Below, in pieces: positions 52,293 to 64,000 of a DNA stretch of 64,000 nucleotides. Made by a program: the position numbers and the translations under genes. Location of the stretch: NCBI GenBank assembly GCA_044223005.1, contig JBGAML010000003.1, positions 160,001 to 224,000 on the forward strand, in the 5' to 3' direction. This stretch comes from Candidatus Eiseniibacteriota bacterium (GTDB lineage: Bacteria; Eisenbacteria; RBG-16-71-46). Numbering within the stretch: position 1 is the stretch's first letter; every line of letters begins with the position of its first letter. The notes under the pieces are model-generated. The model saw nothing but the letters and a program-made list of their open reading frames with translations. It had not been told where the DNA came from and ran no database searches.

Positions 52293-54011
52293 GTGCGCTT
52301 GCGACTCCTTGCGACGATCGCTTGCGTCCTGCTGCTCGGGCTCGCGCTTCTTGCTCGGGCTGCCTTCGCGGCCTGGAGTGCCGAGCCGACGCTCCTCATC
52401 GGGACTCTCGATGAATGCCGCTGGTTGACCGCCTGCACCGACGGGAATGGAGGCGCTCTCCTGGCGTTCCAGCAGACGCCGAGCGGCGCTCCCGGTACGC
52501 TCATGATCCGTCACCTGCTCGCGACGGGCGACCTCGATCCCACCTGGCCGCCGGCAGCGTCGTTGACGCCCGTGACTCTCTACACCAACGGCGCGCATCT
52601 CCTCGCCGACGGCGAAGGCGGAGCGTACGCCTGGTGGCTGGAGGGTCTCGATCTCCACCTCACGCGAATCGCTCCGAATGGAATCACCGCGCCGGGGTGG
52701 CCGGCCCAGGGGCGCCTGCTGGCGACGTTCACCGATGCCCAGGAGCCCCTCGCGGTCGCGCTCGACGCCTCGCACGGCGTGTACGCGGCATGGATGCTGG
52801 GTGATTACGACGTGCGCGCGATCCACCTGTCCGACACCAACACGCTCGCAGGTGGCTGGCCGGATTCCGCGATGGCGGTGATCCCGCCTGCGCCCGACGG
52901 TTCGACCCAGCGGATGTGGCCACACCTGGCGCCTGCGCCGAACGGCGACGTATTCCTCGCGTTCGGGATGTGGGAAGACGTCGACTCGGTGTTCGTCCAC
53001 GAGATCCGCCTCCAGCGCCTGACGCCCTCTGGCGCCCCCGCCGCCGGCTGGCCCGTGCTCGGGCGAACCGTGATCGCGGTCTCGGCCAACCCCGCGTACT
53101 ACGGCCCGATGCACGACGTGGCGCCGGATGCCCGTGGTGGGGTGTTCGTGATCGCCTGCACGGGCACCAACGTGAGTTCGGCTCGCCTGCTGAGGATGGA
53201 CGGTGACGGGGCCCGCGCGGCGGACTGGCCGGCCGGGGGAGTGCTCTTCTCGACGACCGTCAGTGGGGGCCAGGGCCCCTCGCTGGCCTACTGGCCCGCC
53301 GTGATCCACGACCTCACGGATGGGGTGTTCGCTGCGGTGCCGGTTCCCGGTGGTCTTCACTACTACCCGAGCTGGCAATACCGCCACTACGACCCGGCGG
53401 GTGTGCGCACGGACACGGGCACGAACGGGTTCGCCGGGAACTGGTCGATCGCTCCGCGGGGCGGACGATCGCATTTCGTCTCCGACGAGGACAACGGCTC
53501 CGCCTACTACTCGTACGTGGCGGCCTACCAGAAGATCAGCTGCGCCGGTCCGGACGGCGTGCTGGCGAACTGCCTGAGCGAATACCACGACCAGAGCGAA
53601 TACATGCTCTTCTGGGGCGCTTCGCTCGTTCCCACGCCGGATGGCGGCGCGATCTGGACCTGGTCGCGAGTCCTCGGGCAGACCGGCGTCTATGCTCGGC
53701 GCTTCGCGGCCGACGGCTCGCAGGTCACGGCCGTGTCCGCCGTCCCACCGCGCCTCGCGCTCGGTTCGGTGCGCTGGTCCGCGGGCGTCGGCGTGAGTGC
53801 TCGCGTCTCGCTCGATTCCCCCGACGGTGCGGCGCTCGCGCTCTACGACGTCGGCGGCCGCCGGATCAGTTCGACGCGGATCGCTCCGGGCAGCATGGGT
53901 GAACGGGACGTCACGTTCCCGGGGACGCGCGCGCTCGCGGACGGGGTCTACTTCGCCCGTCTCGTGAGCTCGACCGGTTCGCGGGCGGCGAAGGTTCCCG
54001 TCCTTCGTTGA
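52293..54011 (+). CDS. Secreted protein with GWP-type repeats and T9SS/FlgD-like C-terminal domain (paralog 2)
   Basis: GGAGG RBS + GTG; signal peptide AFA; colinear with 48869-50671; C-terminal YDVGGRR...LADGVYFARL. Confidence 0.75.
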   Translation: MRLRLLATIACVLLLGLALLARAAFAAWSAEPTLLIGTLDECRWLTACTDGNGGALLAFQQTPSGAPGTLMIRHLLATGDLDPTWPPAASLTPVTLYTNGAHLLADGEGGAYAWWLEGLDLHLTRIAPNGITAPGWPAQGRLLATFTDAQEPLAVALDASHGVYAAWMLGDYDVRAIHLSDTNTLAGGWPDSAMAVIPPAPDGSTQRMWPHLAPAPNGDVFLAFGMWEDVDSVFVHEIRLQRLTPSGAPAAGWPVLGRTVIAVSANPAYYGPMHDVAPDARGGVFVIACTGTNVSSARLLRMDGDGARAADWPAGGVLFSTTVSGGQGPSLAYWPAVIHDLTDGVFAAVPVPGGLHYYPSWQYRHYDPAGVRTDTGTNGFAGNWSIAPRGGRSHFVSDEDNGSAYYSYVAAYQKISCAGPDGVLANCLSEYHDQSEYMLFWGASLVPTPDGGAIWTWSRVLGQTGVYARRFAADGSQVTAVSAVPPRLALGSVRWSAGVGVSARVSLDSPDGAALALYDVGGRRISSTRIAPGSMGERDVTFPGTRALADGVYFARLVSSTGSRAAKVPVLR

Positions 54012-54127
54012 AATCGGGCTCGGTGCGGAAGCCTCGGTTGCCACGATCGGGGCGCACTCCCCATTTCCTCGACACCGGCAGCCGAGGCCCCAGCCGCGGC
54101 TCGGGGAGATCGCGATCTGGCCGACGC

Positions 54128-54157
54128 TTGACCCTCGTTCCGGCCCCCGCGTAGGCT
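54128..54157 (+). promoter_or_regulatory. Sigma70-type promoter of the mutase operon
   Basis: TTGACC-N18-TAGGCT. Confidence 0.55.
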
Positions 54158-54224
54158 CCTGCGGTTCCGATGCTTCCGCCGGGCCGCCGGCGCCGACTCC
54201 ATCCGGCTCGAGGAGTGCTTCCCC

Positions 54225-55999
<1,775 letters not shown>

Positions 56000-56000
<1 letters not shown>

Positions 56001-56653
56001 TGGCCATGGACGGCAAGACCCTCGGCGCACTGGGTGCGATCGCCGGCGTGATCGTGATCGCCCTGGCCGCGCGCGCGATGGGTGGGGCCCGTCACGAATC
56101 GGGCGTCACGCCGGGGACGATTCCCGTCCCTCCGGAACCCGGGGCGTCCGAGCCGGACGCGTCGGGTGACGACGATGAGGACGTCGCGGACGACGAGGAC
56201 GACGAATACGAGGACGTCGAAGTCGTCGCGGTGACGAGCGACGGCTACGCGCTCGTGCCGGACACGCACGCGGTGCGGCTCGTGCCTCCGCACGAGGACG
56301 GCGAGGAATGGAAGGCCGGCCGGCCGGGACGCAACCGCCGCGGCGAGCTGGCGCTCGCCATGAGCTGGCACGCCGCCGACCTGACGGGTGCGCGCGTGGT
56401 GCGCGGCGCCGCCGACGAGGGGCCGTGGCGCTTCGAGGCGCTCGGCCGCGACGGCGAGTACGTGGCGTTCGTGTTCGAGACGCGCGAGGGCGCCGACGCG
56501 GCGCTGGCGCTCTTCGAATCGATCGTCGTGCGGGTGGGCAAGGACGAAGACGGCAACGACGTGCCGCCCTCGGCGGAGCAGTTCGAGGAAGCACGGCGCG
56601 TGTTCCTCGAGACCGAAGCGGCGCTCGAAATCGACGACGAAACCGGCGCCTGA
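56000..56653 (+). CDS. Hypothetical membrane-anchored acidic protein
   Basis: ATG overlaps mutase TGA; N-terminal TM helix; [16 protein letters not shown] tract. Confidence 0.7.
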
Positions 56654-56694
56654 CCGACCGCACGCGCGGACGGCGGGACGCGAGGAGACCTTCG

Positions 56695-57408
56695 ATGCAG
56701 CGCAAGATCCGAGTTCTGGTCGGCAAGCCCGGCCTCGACGGCCACGACCGCGGCGCCAAGGTGGTCGCGGCCGCACTGCGCGACGCGGGCATGGAGGTGA
56801 TCTACACGGGGCTGCACCAGACGCCCGCGCAGATCGTCGAAGCGGCCGTGCAGGAGGATGTGGACGTGGTCGCGCTGTCGGTGCTCTCGGGCGCGCACAT
56901 GACCCTGTTCCCGGAGGTGCAGTCGTTGATGACGCAGCAGGGCATCGGCGACAAGCTGCTCACGGGCGGCGGCATCATCCCGACCGACGACATGACGAAG
57001 CTGCTCGAGCGCGGCATCGGCCGGCTGTTCGGGCCGGGCTCGTCGACCGTCGACATCGTCACGTACATTCGCGAGTGGTACGGCGAGCGGTACGGCGCCG
57101 ACGCACTGCCGCCGCTGCCGCCGCCCCCGGCGCGCGTCGCGCCGGTGGTGGGCTCGGGCGACATGCCGGCTCCGGCGCGGGCCGCGGCCCGGCTCGACGC
57201 GCACCACGCACGGGCGGGCCGCGCGAACGCGCCGCGCAAGGCTGCGAAGAGGAAGGCGGCGGCGAAGCCTGCGCGCAAGGCGGCGAAGAAGAAGCCGGCC
57301 GCGAAGCCGGCGCGCAAGGTCGCGAAGAAGAAGGTCGCGGCGAAGCGTGCCCCGGCCCGCAAGCTCGCGAAGAAGAAGCCGGCCCGCCGGAGCGCTCGCA
57401 AGCGTTGA
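56695..57408 (+). CDS. Acyl-CoA mutase cobalamin-binding small subunit with Lys/Ala-rich C-terminal tail
   Basis: [13 protein letters not shown] (DxHxxG), SVLSGAH, GGGIIP, FGPG; tail of [18 protein letters not shown] repeats; GAGGAG RBS. Confidence 0.92.
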   Translation: MQRKIRVLVGKPGLDGHDRGAKVVAAALRDAGMEVIYTGLHQTPAQIVEAAVQEDVDVVALSVLSGAHMTLFPEVQSLMTQQGIGDKLLTGGGIIPTDDMTKLLERGIGRLFGPGSSTVDIVTYIREWYGERYGADALPPLPPPPARVAPVVGSGDMPAPARAAARLDAHHARAGRANAPRKAAKRKAAAKPARKAAKKKPAAKPARKVAKKKVAAKRAPARKLAKKKPARRSARKR

Positions 57409-58001
57409 CGCGCCGCCTCGTCGTCCTCGACGGCAGCCCGCTGCCCGACGGCAGTGTCGCGCGCATGCTCGCGGCGGCCGTCGAGGGTGCGCGGGCGGCG
57501 GGCGGCGACGCGGACGTGTTTCGCGCCTACGATCTCGCGGTGAAGCCGTGCGTCGCGTGCGGAGTGGATGCGAGCCCCGGCGCCTGCTGCATCTTCCACG
57601 ACGACATGGACGCGGTGTACGCGGCGCTCGAACGTGCGCACGCCGTGCTCGTGGGCTCGCCGGTCTACTTCGACACGGTGAGCGGGCCGCTCAAGCTGGT
57701 GATCGACCGCTGCAACTGCGTCACTCCGCTCGTGACCCTGCCCGACGGCCGCCAGGACTGCGTGCCCCGATGGCGCCGCACGCGCCGAGCGGCGTTCCTG
57801 ACCGCCTGCAGCGACGCCCATCCCCACGACCTCGCCGAGCGCACGGTCCGCGGATTCCTCAAGTGGGTGGGGGCGAAATGGGAGTCAACGATCGCCTGGC
57901 GACATGACGATAACGAACGGGGCAGCGTTCCCGCCGCGCTCCTCGAGGAGTCGCGCGCGCTGGGCCGCCGCCTGATCGAACTCGATTCGCTTCCCGGCTG
58001 A
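57405..58001 (+). CDS. Flavodoxin-fold NAD(P)H-dependent FMN reductase / iron-sulfur flavoprotein family
   Basis: TTG overlaps upstream stop; VLDGSP, KPCVAC...[21 protein letters not shown]. Confidence 0.82.
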   Translation: MTRRLVVLDGSPLPDGSVARMLAAAVEGARAAGGDADVFRAYDLAVKPCVACGVDASPGACCIFHDDMDAVYAALERAHAVLVGSPVYFDTVSGPLKLVIDRCNCVTPLVTLPDGRQDCVPRWRRTRRAAFLTACSDAHPHDLAERTVRGFLKWVGAKWESTIAWRHDDNERGSVPAALLEESRALGRRLIELDSLPG

Positions 58002-58018
58002 CGTTCCGGAGATTCCCC

Positions 58019-58675
58019 ATGCTGTCCCTCGCCCTCGCACTGCAGCTGCTCGCAACCGCTCCCGGCGCGATGCCCGGCGCGACGCCCGTCGCTCCCGGCG
58101 CCCCGCGCTTCGTCCAGATCGCGAGCCTGACCGGCGTGCCCGCGGACTCCGCGGCGCAGGAGGGGTTCGGCACGGCGTTCCGCAGCGTGTTCGCGGAGGA
58201 AAGCCTGCCGGGCGAGCACGAGTCCGGGGGTTCGTGGCGCGGTGGCCTGCCGCTGCCCAACCACTTCCGGCTCCTCGAGGGCGACGTGGCTTCGGACGCG
58301 TGGCAGGTGCAGGTGTCGATCGGTGCGCCGCCCCCGCTGCAGGTGCCGGACCCGCGGCACAAGGGACACGTGCTCACGATCGCGGGCCGGCGCATGTCGC
58401 GCGGCATGCGCGTCGGCGCCGTGGTCTCGGTGCCTTCGCCCAGCGGCGCGGTCGACCACACGTTCACCGTGACGGCCTCGTTCGCGTTCCCGGCGAAGGG
58501 CGACGGCCGCGCGAGCCTCGCGGTGCCGCAGAACGGCTACGTGTTCCCGTGGGACGACGCCGGCCACGTCGCCGGCCTGCTCGTGCTCGAAGCGCTCCAC
58601 CGCGAGAGCCGCGACTTCGTGGCGACCGAGCGCGTGGACATCACCCCGGCCGTGCGCACCGACGCCGGCCGCTGA
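58019..58675 (+). CDS. Hypothetical exported protein
   Basis: GGAG RBS; hydrophobic N-terminus MLSLALALQLLA. Confidence 0.6.
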   Translation: MLSLALALQLLATAPGAMPGATPVAPGAPRFVQIASLTGVPADSAAQEGFGTAFRSVFAEESLPGEHESGGSWRGGLPLPNHFRLLEGDVASDAWQVQVSIGAPPPLQVPDPRHKGHVLTIAGRRMSRGMRVGAVVSVPSPSGAVDHTFTVTASFAFPAKGDGRASLAVPQNGYVFPWDDAGHVAGLLVLEALHRESRDFVATERVDITPAVRTDAGR

Positions 58676-58687
58676 CCGGGGGGAACG

Positions 58688-58903
58688 ATGCGACGTCGAA
58701 CGACCGCCGCGGTGCTCGGCCTGATCGTGCTCGCGGGCTGCGCGAAGCCCGGGACCAAGCCGGTCACCACGCTCACCGAGCACCAGCGCGACAGCGTGCT
58801 CGCGACCGAACCGATTCCCGGGGCGACGACCGTGGGCCGCGCGATGCAGGCGGCCGATCGCGAGGCCGGCCGGGCCGCCCAGATGGATTCCATGACGCAT
58901 TGA
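58688..58903 (+). CDS. Small lipoprotein
   Basis: MRRRTTAAVLGLIVLAG/C lipobox. Confidence 0.7.
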   Translation: MRRRTTAAVLGLIVLAGCAKPGTKPVTTLTEHQRDSVLATEPIPGATTVGRAMQAADREAGRAAQMDSMTH

Positions 58904-58929
58904 CGCGGCGCGGTTTCGGGCGTCGCGCG

Positions 58930-58952
58930 TGAAACGCCGTTTCAGGTAGAGT
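58930..58952 (+). promoter_or_regulatory. Palindromic operator next to a -10-like element upstream of the acyl-CoA dehydrogenase
   Basis: TGAAACG-C-CGTTTCA (58930-58944) followed by TAGAGT (58947-58952). Confidence 0.55.
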
Positions 58953-59035
58953 TCCCGGCGCTCCGGCGGATCCATGCCCGTCGCGTGCGCGGCCGATCCC
59001 TCGGCCACACCCCCCCGCAACCGGAGTTCCATCGC

Positions 59036-60178
59036 ATGCTGATGCTTCGCGAAGAGCACCACCAGGTGCGCGACATGGTTCGCCGATTCGCCGAGGACGT
59101 GGTCGCGCCGCGCGCCCGCGAGCTCGACGAGACCGAGACCTTCCCGCACGAGGCCGTGAAGCAGATGGCCGAGCTCGGCCTGATGGGGCTCCCGTATCCG
59201 GAGAAGTACGGCGGCGCCGGGATGGATACGTTGTCGTACGCGATCGCGGTGGAGGAAGTCGGCCGCGTGTGCGCGTCGACGGGCATCACGCTCGCCGCGC
59301 ACGTCTCGCTCGGCTGCGGTCCCGTGTACGGCACGGGCTCCGAGGAGCAGAAGCAGCGCTTCCTCGTGCCGATGGCGAAGGGCGAAGCGATCGGCGCGTT
59401 CGGGCTCACCGAGCCGAACGCCGGGTCCGACGCGGGCGGCACGCAGACGCGGGCGGTGAAGGTCGCGGGCGGCTGGAAGGTGAACGGCAGCAAGATCTAC
59501 ATCACCAACGCGAGCTATGCGAAGTACATCACCTTCACGGCGGTCACCGAGCCGGGCAAGGGCACCAAGGGCATTTCGGCGTTCATCATGGACACGTCGA
59601 CGCCGGGATTCCGCGTGGGCAAGAAGGAGAAGAAGATGGGCCTGCGCGGGTCGGACACGGTCGAGGTCGTGTTCGAGGACTGCGTCGTGCCCGAGGACCA
59701 GATGCTGGGCGACGCCACCGGCGGCTTCAAGGCGTTCATGAAGACGCTCGAGGGCGGCCGCATCTCGATCGGGGCGCTCGCGCTCGGGATCGCGCAGGGC
59801 GCTTACGAACACGCGGTCTCCTACGCCAAGGTCCGGCACCAGTTCGGGCAGCCGATCGCCAACTTCCAGGCGGTGCAGTTCATGCTCGCCGACATGGCGA
59901 TGCAGATCGAGGCGGCGCGCCACCTCGTCTACCACGCGGCGCAGCTCAAGGACGCGGGCCGGCCGTTCACCAAGGAAGCCTCCATGGCCAAGCTGTTCGC
60001 GAGCGAGGTCGGCAACTGGGTGACCGACAAGTCCATCCAGGTGCACGGCGGCATGGGCTACTGCCGCGACGTGCCGGTCGAGCGCATGCACCGCGACGTG
60101 AAGCTGATGGAGATCGGCGAGGGCACGAGCGAGATCCAGCGCATGGTGATCGCTCGCGAGATCCTGCGCGGGGCCTGA
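59036..60178 (+). CDS. Acyl-CoA dehydrogenase (short/branched-chain type)
   Basis: [56 protein letters not shown]. Confidence 0.93.
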   Translation: MLMLREEHHQVRDMVRRFAEDVVAPRARELDETETFPHEAVKQMAELGLMGLPYPEKYGGAGMDTLSYAIAVEEVGRVCASTGITLAAHVSLGCGPVYGTGSEEQKQRFLVPMAKGEAIGAFGLTEPNAGSDAGGTQTRAVKVAGGWKVNGSKIYITNASYAKYITFTAVTEPGKGTKGISAFIMDTSTPGFRVGKKEKKMGLRGSDTVEVVFEDCVVPEDQMLGDATGGFKAFMKTLEGGRISIGALALGIAQGAYEHAVSYAKVRHQFGQPIANFQAVQFMLADMAMQIEAARHLVYHAAQLKDAGRPFTKEASMAKLFASEVGNWVTDKSIQVHGGMGYCRDVPVERMHRDVKLMEIGEGTSEIQRMVIAREILRGA

Positions 60179-60179
60179 G

Positions 60180-61364
60180 TTGCCCGAGACGCCGTCCGCC
60201 ATGCGCTGGGCGAGCGCCGTCTCGTCGCTGGGAGACCCGGCCGCGGCCGCGGCCGAGGCGGCCGCCGCGCTGCGCGCCGAGCTGGGCGAGGGCGCGGTCG
60301 ACCTCTGCCTCGCGTTCCTGTCGGTGCCGCACGCGCGTTCGTCGGCGGCGGTGGCGAAGGTCCTGCGGGACGCGCTCGCGCCCGGCTGCCTCGCGGGAAC
60401 GACCGCGCGCGGCGTGGTGACGCGCGACCGCGAGATCGAGCAGGGCACGGCGCTCTCGGTCGTCGCCGCCCGGCTGCCCGGCGTCGAAGTGCAGCCGTTC
60501 GTGATGCTGCAGGAGATCTGGGCGCAGCCGGTGGAGGACGTGGCGGGCTTCGACACGATCGCTCCCGGCGTGCGCGAGGCGGAACTCGTGCTCCTGCTCG
60601 GGATCCCGTTCGCGCTCGACGTCGATCGGGCGCTCGCGCTGATGCACCGGTTCGCGCCCGCCGTCCGCGTCGTGGGCGGCATGGCGAGCGCCGGGCCGCG
60701 CCCGGAGCACAACGCGGTGTTCCTCAACGACTGGCTCGCCTCCGAAGGCGGCGTGGGCATCGCGCTGCACGGCGCCCTGCGCGCCGACGTCGTGGTCTCG
60801 CAGGGATGCGGGCCGATCGGCCCGCCGCTCGACGTGACGCACGTCGAGCAGTACATGATCCACACGCTCGACGGGCAGCCGGCGCTCGAGCGCATGGAGC
60901 AGGTGTTGCGCGATCTCCCCGAGAAGGAGCGTGAACGGCTGCGCATGGGCCTCTACGTCGGCCGGCCGGTGCGCGGCGACGCGGGCGGCCGCGGCGACTA
61001 CCTGATCCGCAACCTGCTCGGCGCCAACCGCGAGGAAGGCGCGCTCGTGGTCGGCGACCAGGTCGCGCCGCGCGAGAAGATCCGCCTGCACGTGCGGGAC
61101 GCCGCGACCGCGCTCGAGGACCTGCAGATGCTGTTGTCTCCGCAGGTGTTCGACTCGCGCGCCGCGGGCGCGCTCGTGTTCGCGTGCAACGGCCGCGGGC
61201 GGCTGCTCTACGGCGAACCGGATCGCGATATCCGCACGCTGCAGGAGACGCTGGGCGGCGTGCCCGCGGCGGGGATGTTCTGCGCCGGCGAGATCGGCCC
61301 GGTGGGCGAGCGCAACTTCCAGCACGGCCACACGGCGAGCATCGCGATCGTCCGGCCGCGCTGA
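60180..61364 (+). CDS. FIST N/C-domain signal transduction protein
   Basis: VVGGMASAG, VVSQGCGPIG, DYLIRNLLG, FACNGRG, GMFCAGEIGPVG...HGHTAS; start TTG 60180 or ATG 60201. Confidence 0.88.
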   Translation: MPETPSAMRWASAVSSLGDPAAAAAEAAAALRAELGEGAVDLCLAFLSVPHARSSAAVAKVLRDALAPGCLAGTTARGVVTRDREIEQGTALSVVAARLPGVEVQPFVMLQEIWAQPVEDVAGFDTIAPGVREAELVLLLGIPFALDVDRALALMHRFAPAVRVVGGMASAGPRPEHNAVFLNDWLASEGGVGIALHGALRADVVVSQGCGPIGPPLDVTHVEQYMIHTLDGQPALERMEQVLRDLPEKERERLRMGLYVGRPVRGDAGGRGDYLIRNLLGANREEGALVVGDQVAPREKIRLHVRDAATALEDLQMLLSPQVFDSRAAGALVFACNGRGRLLYGEPDRDIRTLQETLGGVPAAGMFCAGEIGPVGERNFQHGHTASIAIVRPR

Positions 61365-61369
61365 GACGT

Positions 61370-61408
61370 CACGGGCCGCCGGTCGCGTCGTGCGACCGGC
61401 GGCCCGTG
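61370..61408. terminator. 17-bp stem hairpin between convergent FIST and pullulanase genes
   Basis: CACGGGCCGCCGGTCGC-GTCGT-GCGACCGGCGGCCCGTG. Confidence 0.65.
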
Positions 61409-61425
61409 TGCGTTCGCGGCGGTGG

Positions 61426-64000
61426 TCAGTCGCTCACGAAGACGGCGGTCGTGAGCCCGGGCACGGTGATCGCGCCCTGAGCCTGGTCGGCCTTCGCCTG
61501 CTTCACGACCGGGTCGGCGCCTCCCGCCTGCGCCGGGTGCAGCCGGAACGCGACCTGTGCGAACCCCGGATAGCGGATCACCTGCTCGGCCGGGGAGGCG
61601 TTGAAGACGACCACCATGCGTTTCCACGGCGAGCCGAGCGCGGGCAGGCCCGGCACGGCGTCCGAGAGCGTCATCACGATCACGCCCGGGATTTGCGCCG
61701 GACCGGTGTTCAAGAACTTCACCCGCTGCTGCACGTCGTCCGCCGTGCGCAGGCGGAAGAGCGGCGTGCTGCGGCGGATGCGCAGGAAATCCATGAAGCT
61801 GCCGCGGCAGAGCGCGATGTCGTTCGCGTGCGGGACGAGGTCCGTCCGCGCGAGCAGCGGCCGCATCATCGCCCAGCGGTCCTTGTTCTTGTCGGCGCCG
61901 GGCAGGCCCATGCCCCAGTGGTTCGACGTCCCGGACCAGTCGATGCGGTTGAACCAGTCGCCCGAATCGTAGCTGTCGGTGTCCATGGATTTGGTGCGCA
62001 GCAGTTCGCCACCCGCATGGAAGAACGGCAGGCCCTGGCCGAGCGCGGGGATCGACAGTGCGAGCATCTGCATGCGCACGCGCTGCGCGAGCGTCGCCGA
62101 GGCGGGCGCGGCCATGATCACCTTGTCCCAGAGCGTCTCGTTGTCGTGCGCCTCGACGTAGTTCACCGCCTCGCGCGGCTGTGCGGTGTAGCCACCGGCC
62201 GAGGAGCCTTGCGCCGGGTTGCCCGCGGCGTCGGTGAAACCGTACGTCCGCAGGTTGCCCGCGAGGCTCGTGCGGATCCGGTCCTCGAGCTTGAGCAGCT
62301 TGCCGCGGTCGGCGTCGCCACCGCGGTTGAACTCGCCGGGCAGCGTGAACAGCCCGGTGGCGAAGCCCTGCTCGCGACGGTCCGTGAACGGGCTGCCGCC
62401 GCGCACGGCGTCGCGGATCCGGTCGTTGAACGAGCCGACGCCGGTGCCCGCGAGGTTGCCCTGCGTGGCGTTGGTGCCGCGCTTGCCGCCCTGGACCTCG
62501 CCGAAATCCCAGCCCTCGCCGTACATGAGCACGCGCGGGCCGTCGACGCCGTCCTTCGCGGAGTTCAGCGCGTCGAGCGCCGCGCGCCAGTGCTCGACGT
62601 TCGCCTTCATGTGGTGGCCCATCAGGTCGAAGCGGAAGCCGTCCACCTTGTAGTCGCGCGCCCAGTGCACGAGGTCGTCGGCGACGAGCTTCTCCATCAT
62701 GCGGTGCTCGCTCGCGGTGTTCGCGCAGCAGGTGCTGTTCTCGACCGCGCCGTCGGCGTTGAGTCGCTGGTAGTAGCCCGGCACGATCCGGTCGAGCACC
62801 GAGAACGGCGCGAGACCGGCCGCATGCGTGTGGTTGTAGACCACGTCCATCACGGTGCGCAGCCCGAGCCCGGAGAGCGCCGCCACCATGCGGCGGAACT
62901 CGACGATGCGCGCGTTCCCGTCGGGATCGGTGGCGTAGCTGCCCTCGGGTACGCCGTAGTGCACGGGGTCGTAGCCCCAGTTGAACGCGTCGAGTCCGCG
63001 CGTGCGCGCGACCGCGGCCTGCTGCTGGTCGGAGTCGGGCGGCAGCGCCGAGAGGTCGCCCGGATCCTTCCACGTCGAGCGGTCCTCGTCGACGGTCGCG
63101 AAGTCGAACGCCGGCAGCAGGTGCACGTGCGTGAGGCCAGCCTCGGCGAGCGCGCGCAGGTGCTTCGTGCCGTCGCTCGCATCGGTGAAGGCGAGGTAGG
63201 TGCCGCGGTGCGCCGCGGGCACGGTCGCGTCGGAGGCGCTGAAGTCGCGCACGTGCAGCTCGTACACGACCGCGTCCTCGACCGCGTCCAGCTTCGGCTT
63301 CGCGAGCGCGTCCCAGCCCGGCGGCTTGGTCGCCGGGTCGTCGAGGTCGACGAGCAGGCTGCGCTCGCCGTTGCGCGAGAGTCCGCGCGAGTACGGATCG
63401 GTGGCGGTCACCGTTTCGACGTGGCCCGTCGTCGGCGTGAACACCGTCACCTCGTAGAGGTAGTACTGACCCTTCCACGCCGCGGTTCCCGAGGCCGTCC
63501 ACGTGCCGGCGTCGCGCACCATGTCCACCGTGGCCGAGGGCTGCGCCGTGCGCGGTCCGTCGTAGAGCAGCACGCGCACCTTCTGCGCGGTCGGCGCCCA
63601 CACGCGCAGCGCAGGCACGCCGGCCTTCCACGTCGGCCCGAGCGGCCCATCCCACGCGAACGCGTCGTCGAGCACGCCGTGGACCTGCATGCCGGTCGCG
63701 TCGCCGGTGCCGTCGGCATTGCGCACCGACACCGCGACCTGTCCGCGCAGGAACACGAGCGCCTTCGCCGCGTCGGCGTCCGCGATCCGAAGCGCCGAGT
63801 AGCCGCGCAGCTGCGGGAAGCGCGCGAGCAGCGCGGGCGAGAGCCCCTGCGCATCGGGCGTCAGCGTCACCGATTCGCCGCCCGTCACGCCGTCCTTCGT
63901 CACGCGCAGCGCCGCGGTGGGCGAGCCGTGCAGGCGGAACGTCGCGCCGGCGCTCGCCGGCACGTTCCACGCGATCGTGGTGCGGTCGAGCCACTGCGCC
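61426..64000 (-). CDS. pulA: Pullulanase-type alpha-1,6-glucosidase (GH13), 5' end outside window
   Basis: VWAPTA, YELHVRDFS, FNWGYDP, DVVYNH, DGFRFDLMGH, YGEGW, NYVEAHDN. Confidence 0.93.
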   Translation of the reverse strand, partial: AQWLDRTTIAWNVPASAGATFRLHGSPTAALRVTKDGVTGGESVTLTPDAQGLSPALLARFPQLRGYSALRIADADAAKALVFLRGQVAVSVRNADGTGDATGMQVHGVLDDAFAWDGPLGPTWKAGVPALRVWAPTAQKVRVLLYDGPRTAQPSATVDMVRDAGTWTASGTAAWKGQYYLYEVTVFTPTTGHVETVTATDPYSRGLSRNGERSLLVDLDDPATKPPGWDALAKPKLDAVEDAVVYELHVRDFSASDATVPAAHRGTYLAFTDASDGTKHLRALAEAGLTHVHLLPAFDFATVDEDRSTWKDPGDLSALPPDSDQQQAAVARTRGLDAFNWGYDPVHYGVPEGSYATDPDGNARIVEFRRMVAALSGLGLRTVMDVVYNHTHAAGLAPFSVLDRIVPGYYQRLNADGAVENSTCCANTASEHRMMEKLVADDLVHWARDYKVDGFRFDLMGHHMKANVEHWRAALDALNSAKDGVDGPRVLMYGEGWDFGEVQGGKRGTNATQGNLAGTGVGSFNDRIRDAVRGGSPFTDRREQGFATGLFTLPGEFNRGGDADRGKLLKLEDRIRTSLAGNLRTYGFTDAAGNPAQGSSAGGYTAQPREAVNYVEAHDNETLWDKVIMAAPASATLAQRVRMQMLALSIPALGQGLPFFHAGGELLRTKSMDTDSYDSGDWFNRIDWSGTSNHWGMGLPGADKNKDRWAMMRPLLARTDLVPHANDIALCRGSFMDFLRIRRSTPLFRLRTADDVQQRVKFLNTGPAQIPGVIVMTLSDAVPGLPALGSPWKRMVVVFNASPAEQVIRYPGFAQVAFRLHPAQAGGADPVVKQAKADQAQGAITVPGLTTAVFVSD

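Noticed and set aside
57230..57400. Short repeats (GCGAAGAAGAAG / GCGCGCAAG) resembling an array
   Set aside because: They encode the Lys/Ala-rich protein tail and lack repeat-spacer structure; not CRISPR

Overview
High-GC bacterial genomic window with no rRNA, tRNA, CRISPR array or transposase visible. Secreted proteins with FlgD/T9SS-like C-terminal domains, an outer-membrane beta-barrel and an SWGxLKxxYR C-terminal motif suggest a diderm FCB-related lineage such as Ca. Eisenbacteria (inference). About 1-36.4 kb is a large Wzx/Wzy-type surface-polysaccharide locus: three flippases, two O-antigen ligase/polymerase-like proteins, SLBB export and Wzz-like proteins, WecA- and WcaJ-type initiators, nucleotide-sugar enzymes, GT2/GT4s, AsnB, methyltransferases and a BcbF/KfoE-like three-gene module. 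This locus is interleaved with a dismembered khpA-rimM-trmD ... rplS-rnhB ... yraN cluster that lacks rpsP. 36.5-54 kb holds paralogous lipoproteins and secreted repeat proteins, a glycolipid synthase, a GH-like lipoprotein, meaB and an EAL-HDOD protein. 54-61.4 kb is a B12-dependent acyl-CoA mutase locus with isobutyryl-CoA-mutase-type signature residues, plus acyl-CoA dehydrogenase and FIST genes. A pullulanase runs off the right end. All product calls come from motif recognition by eye; no database searches were run.
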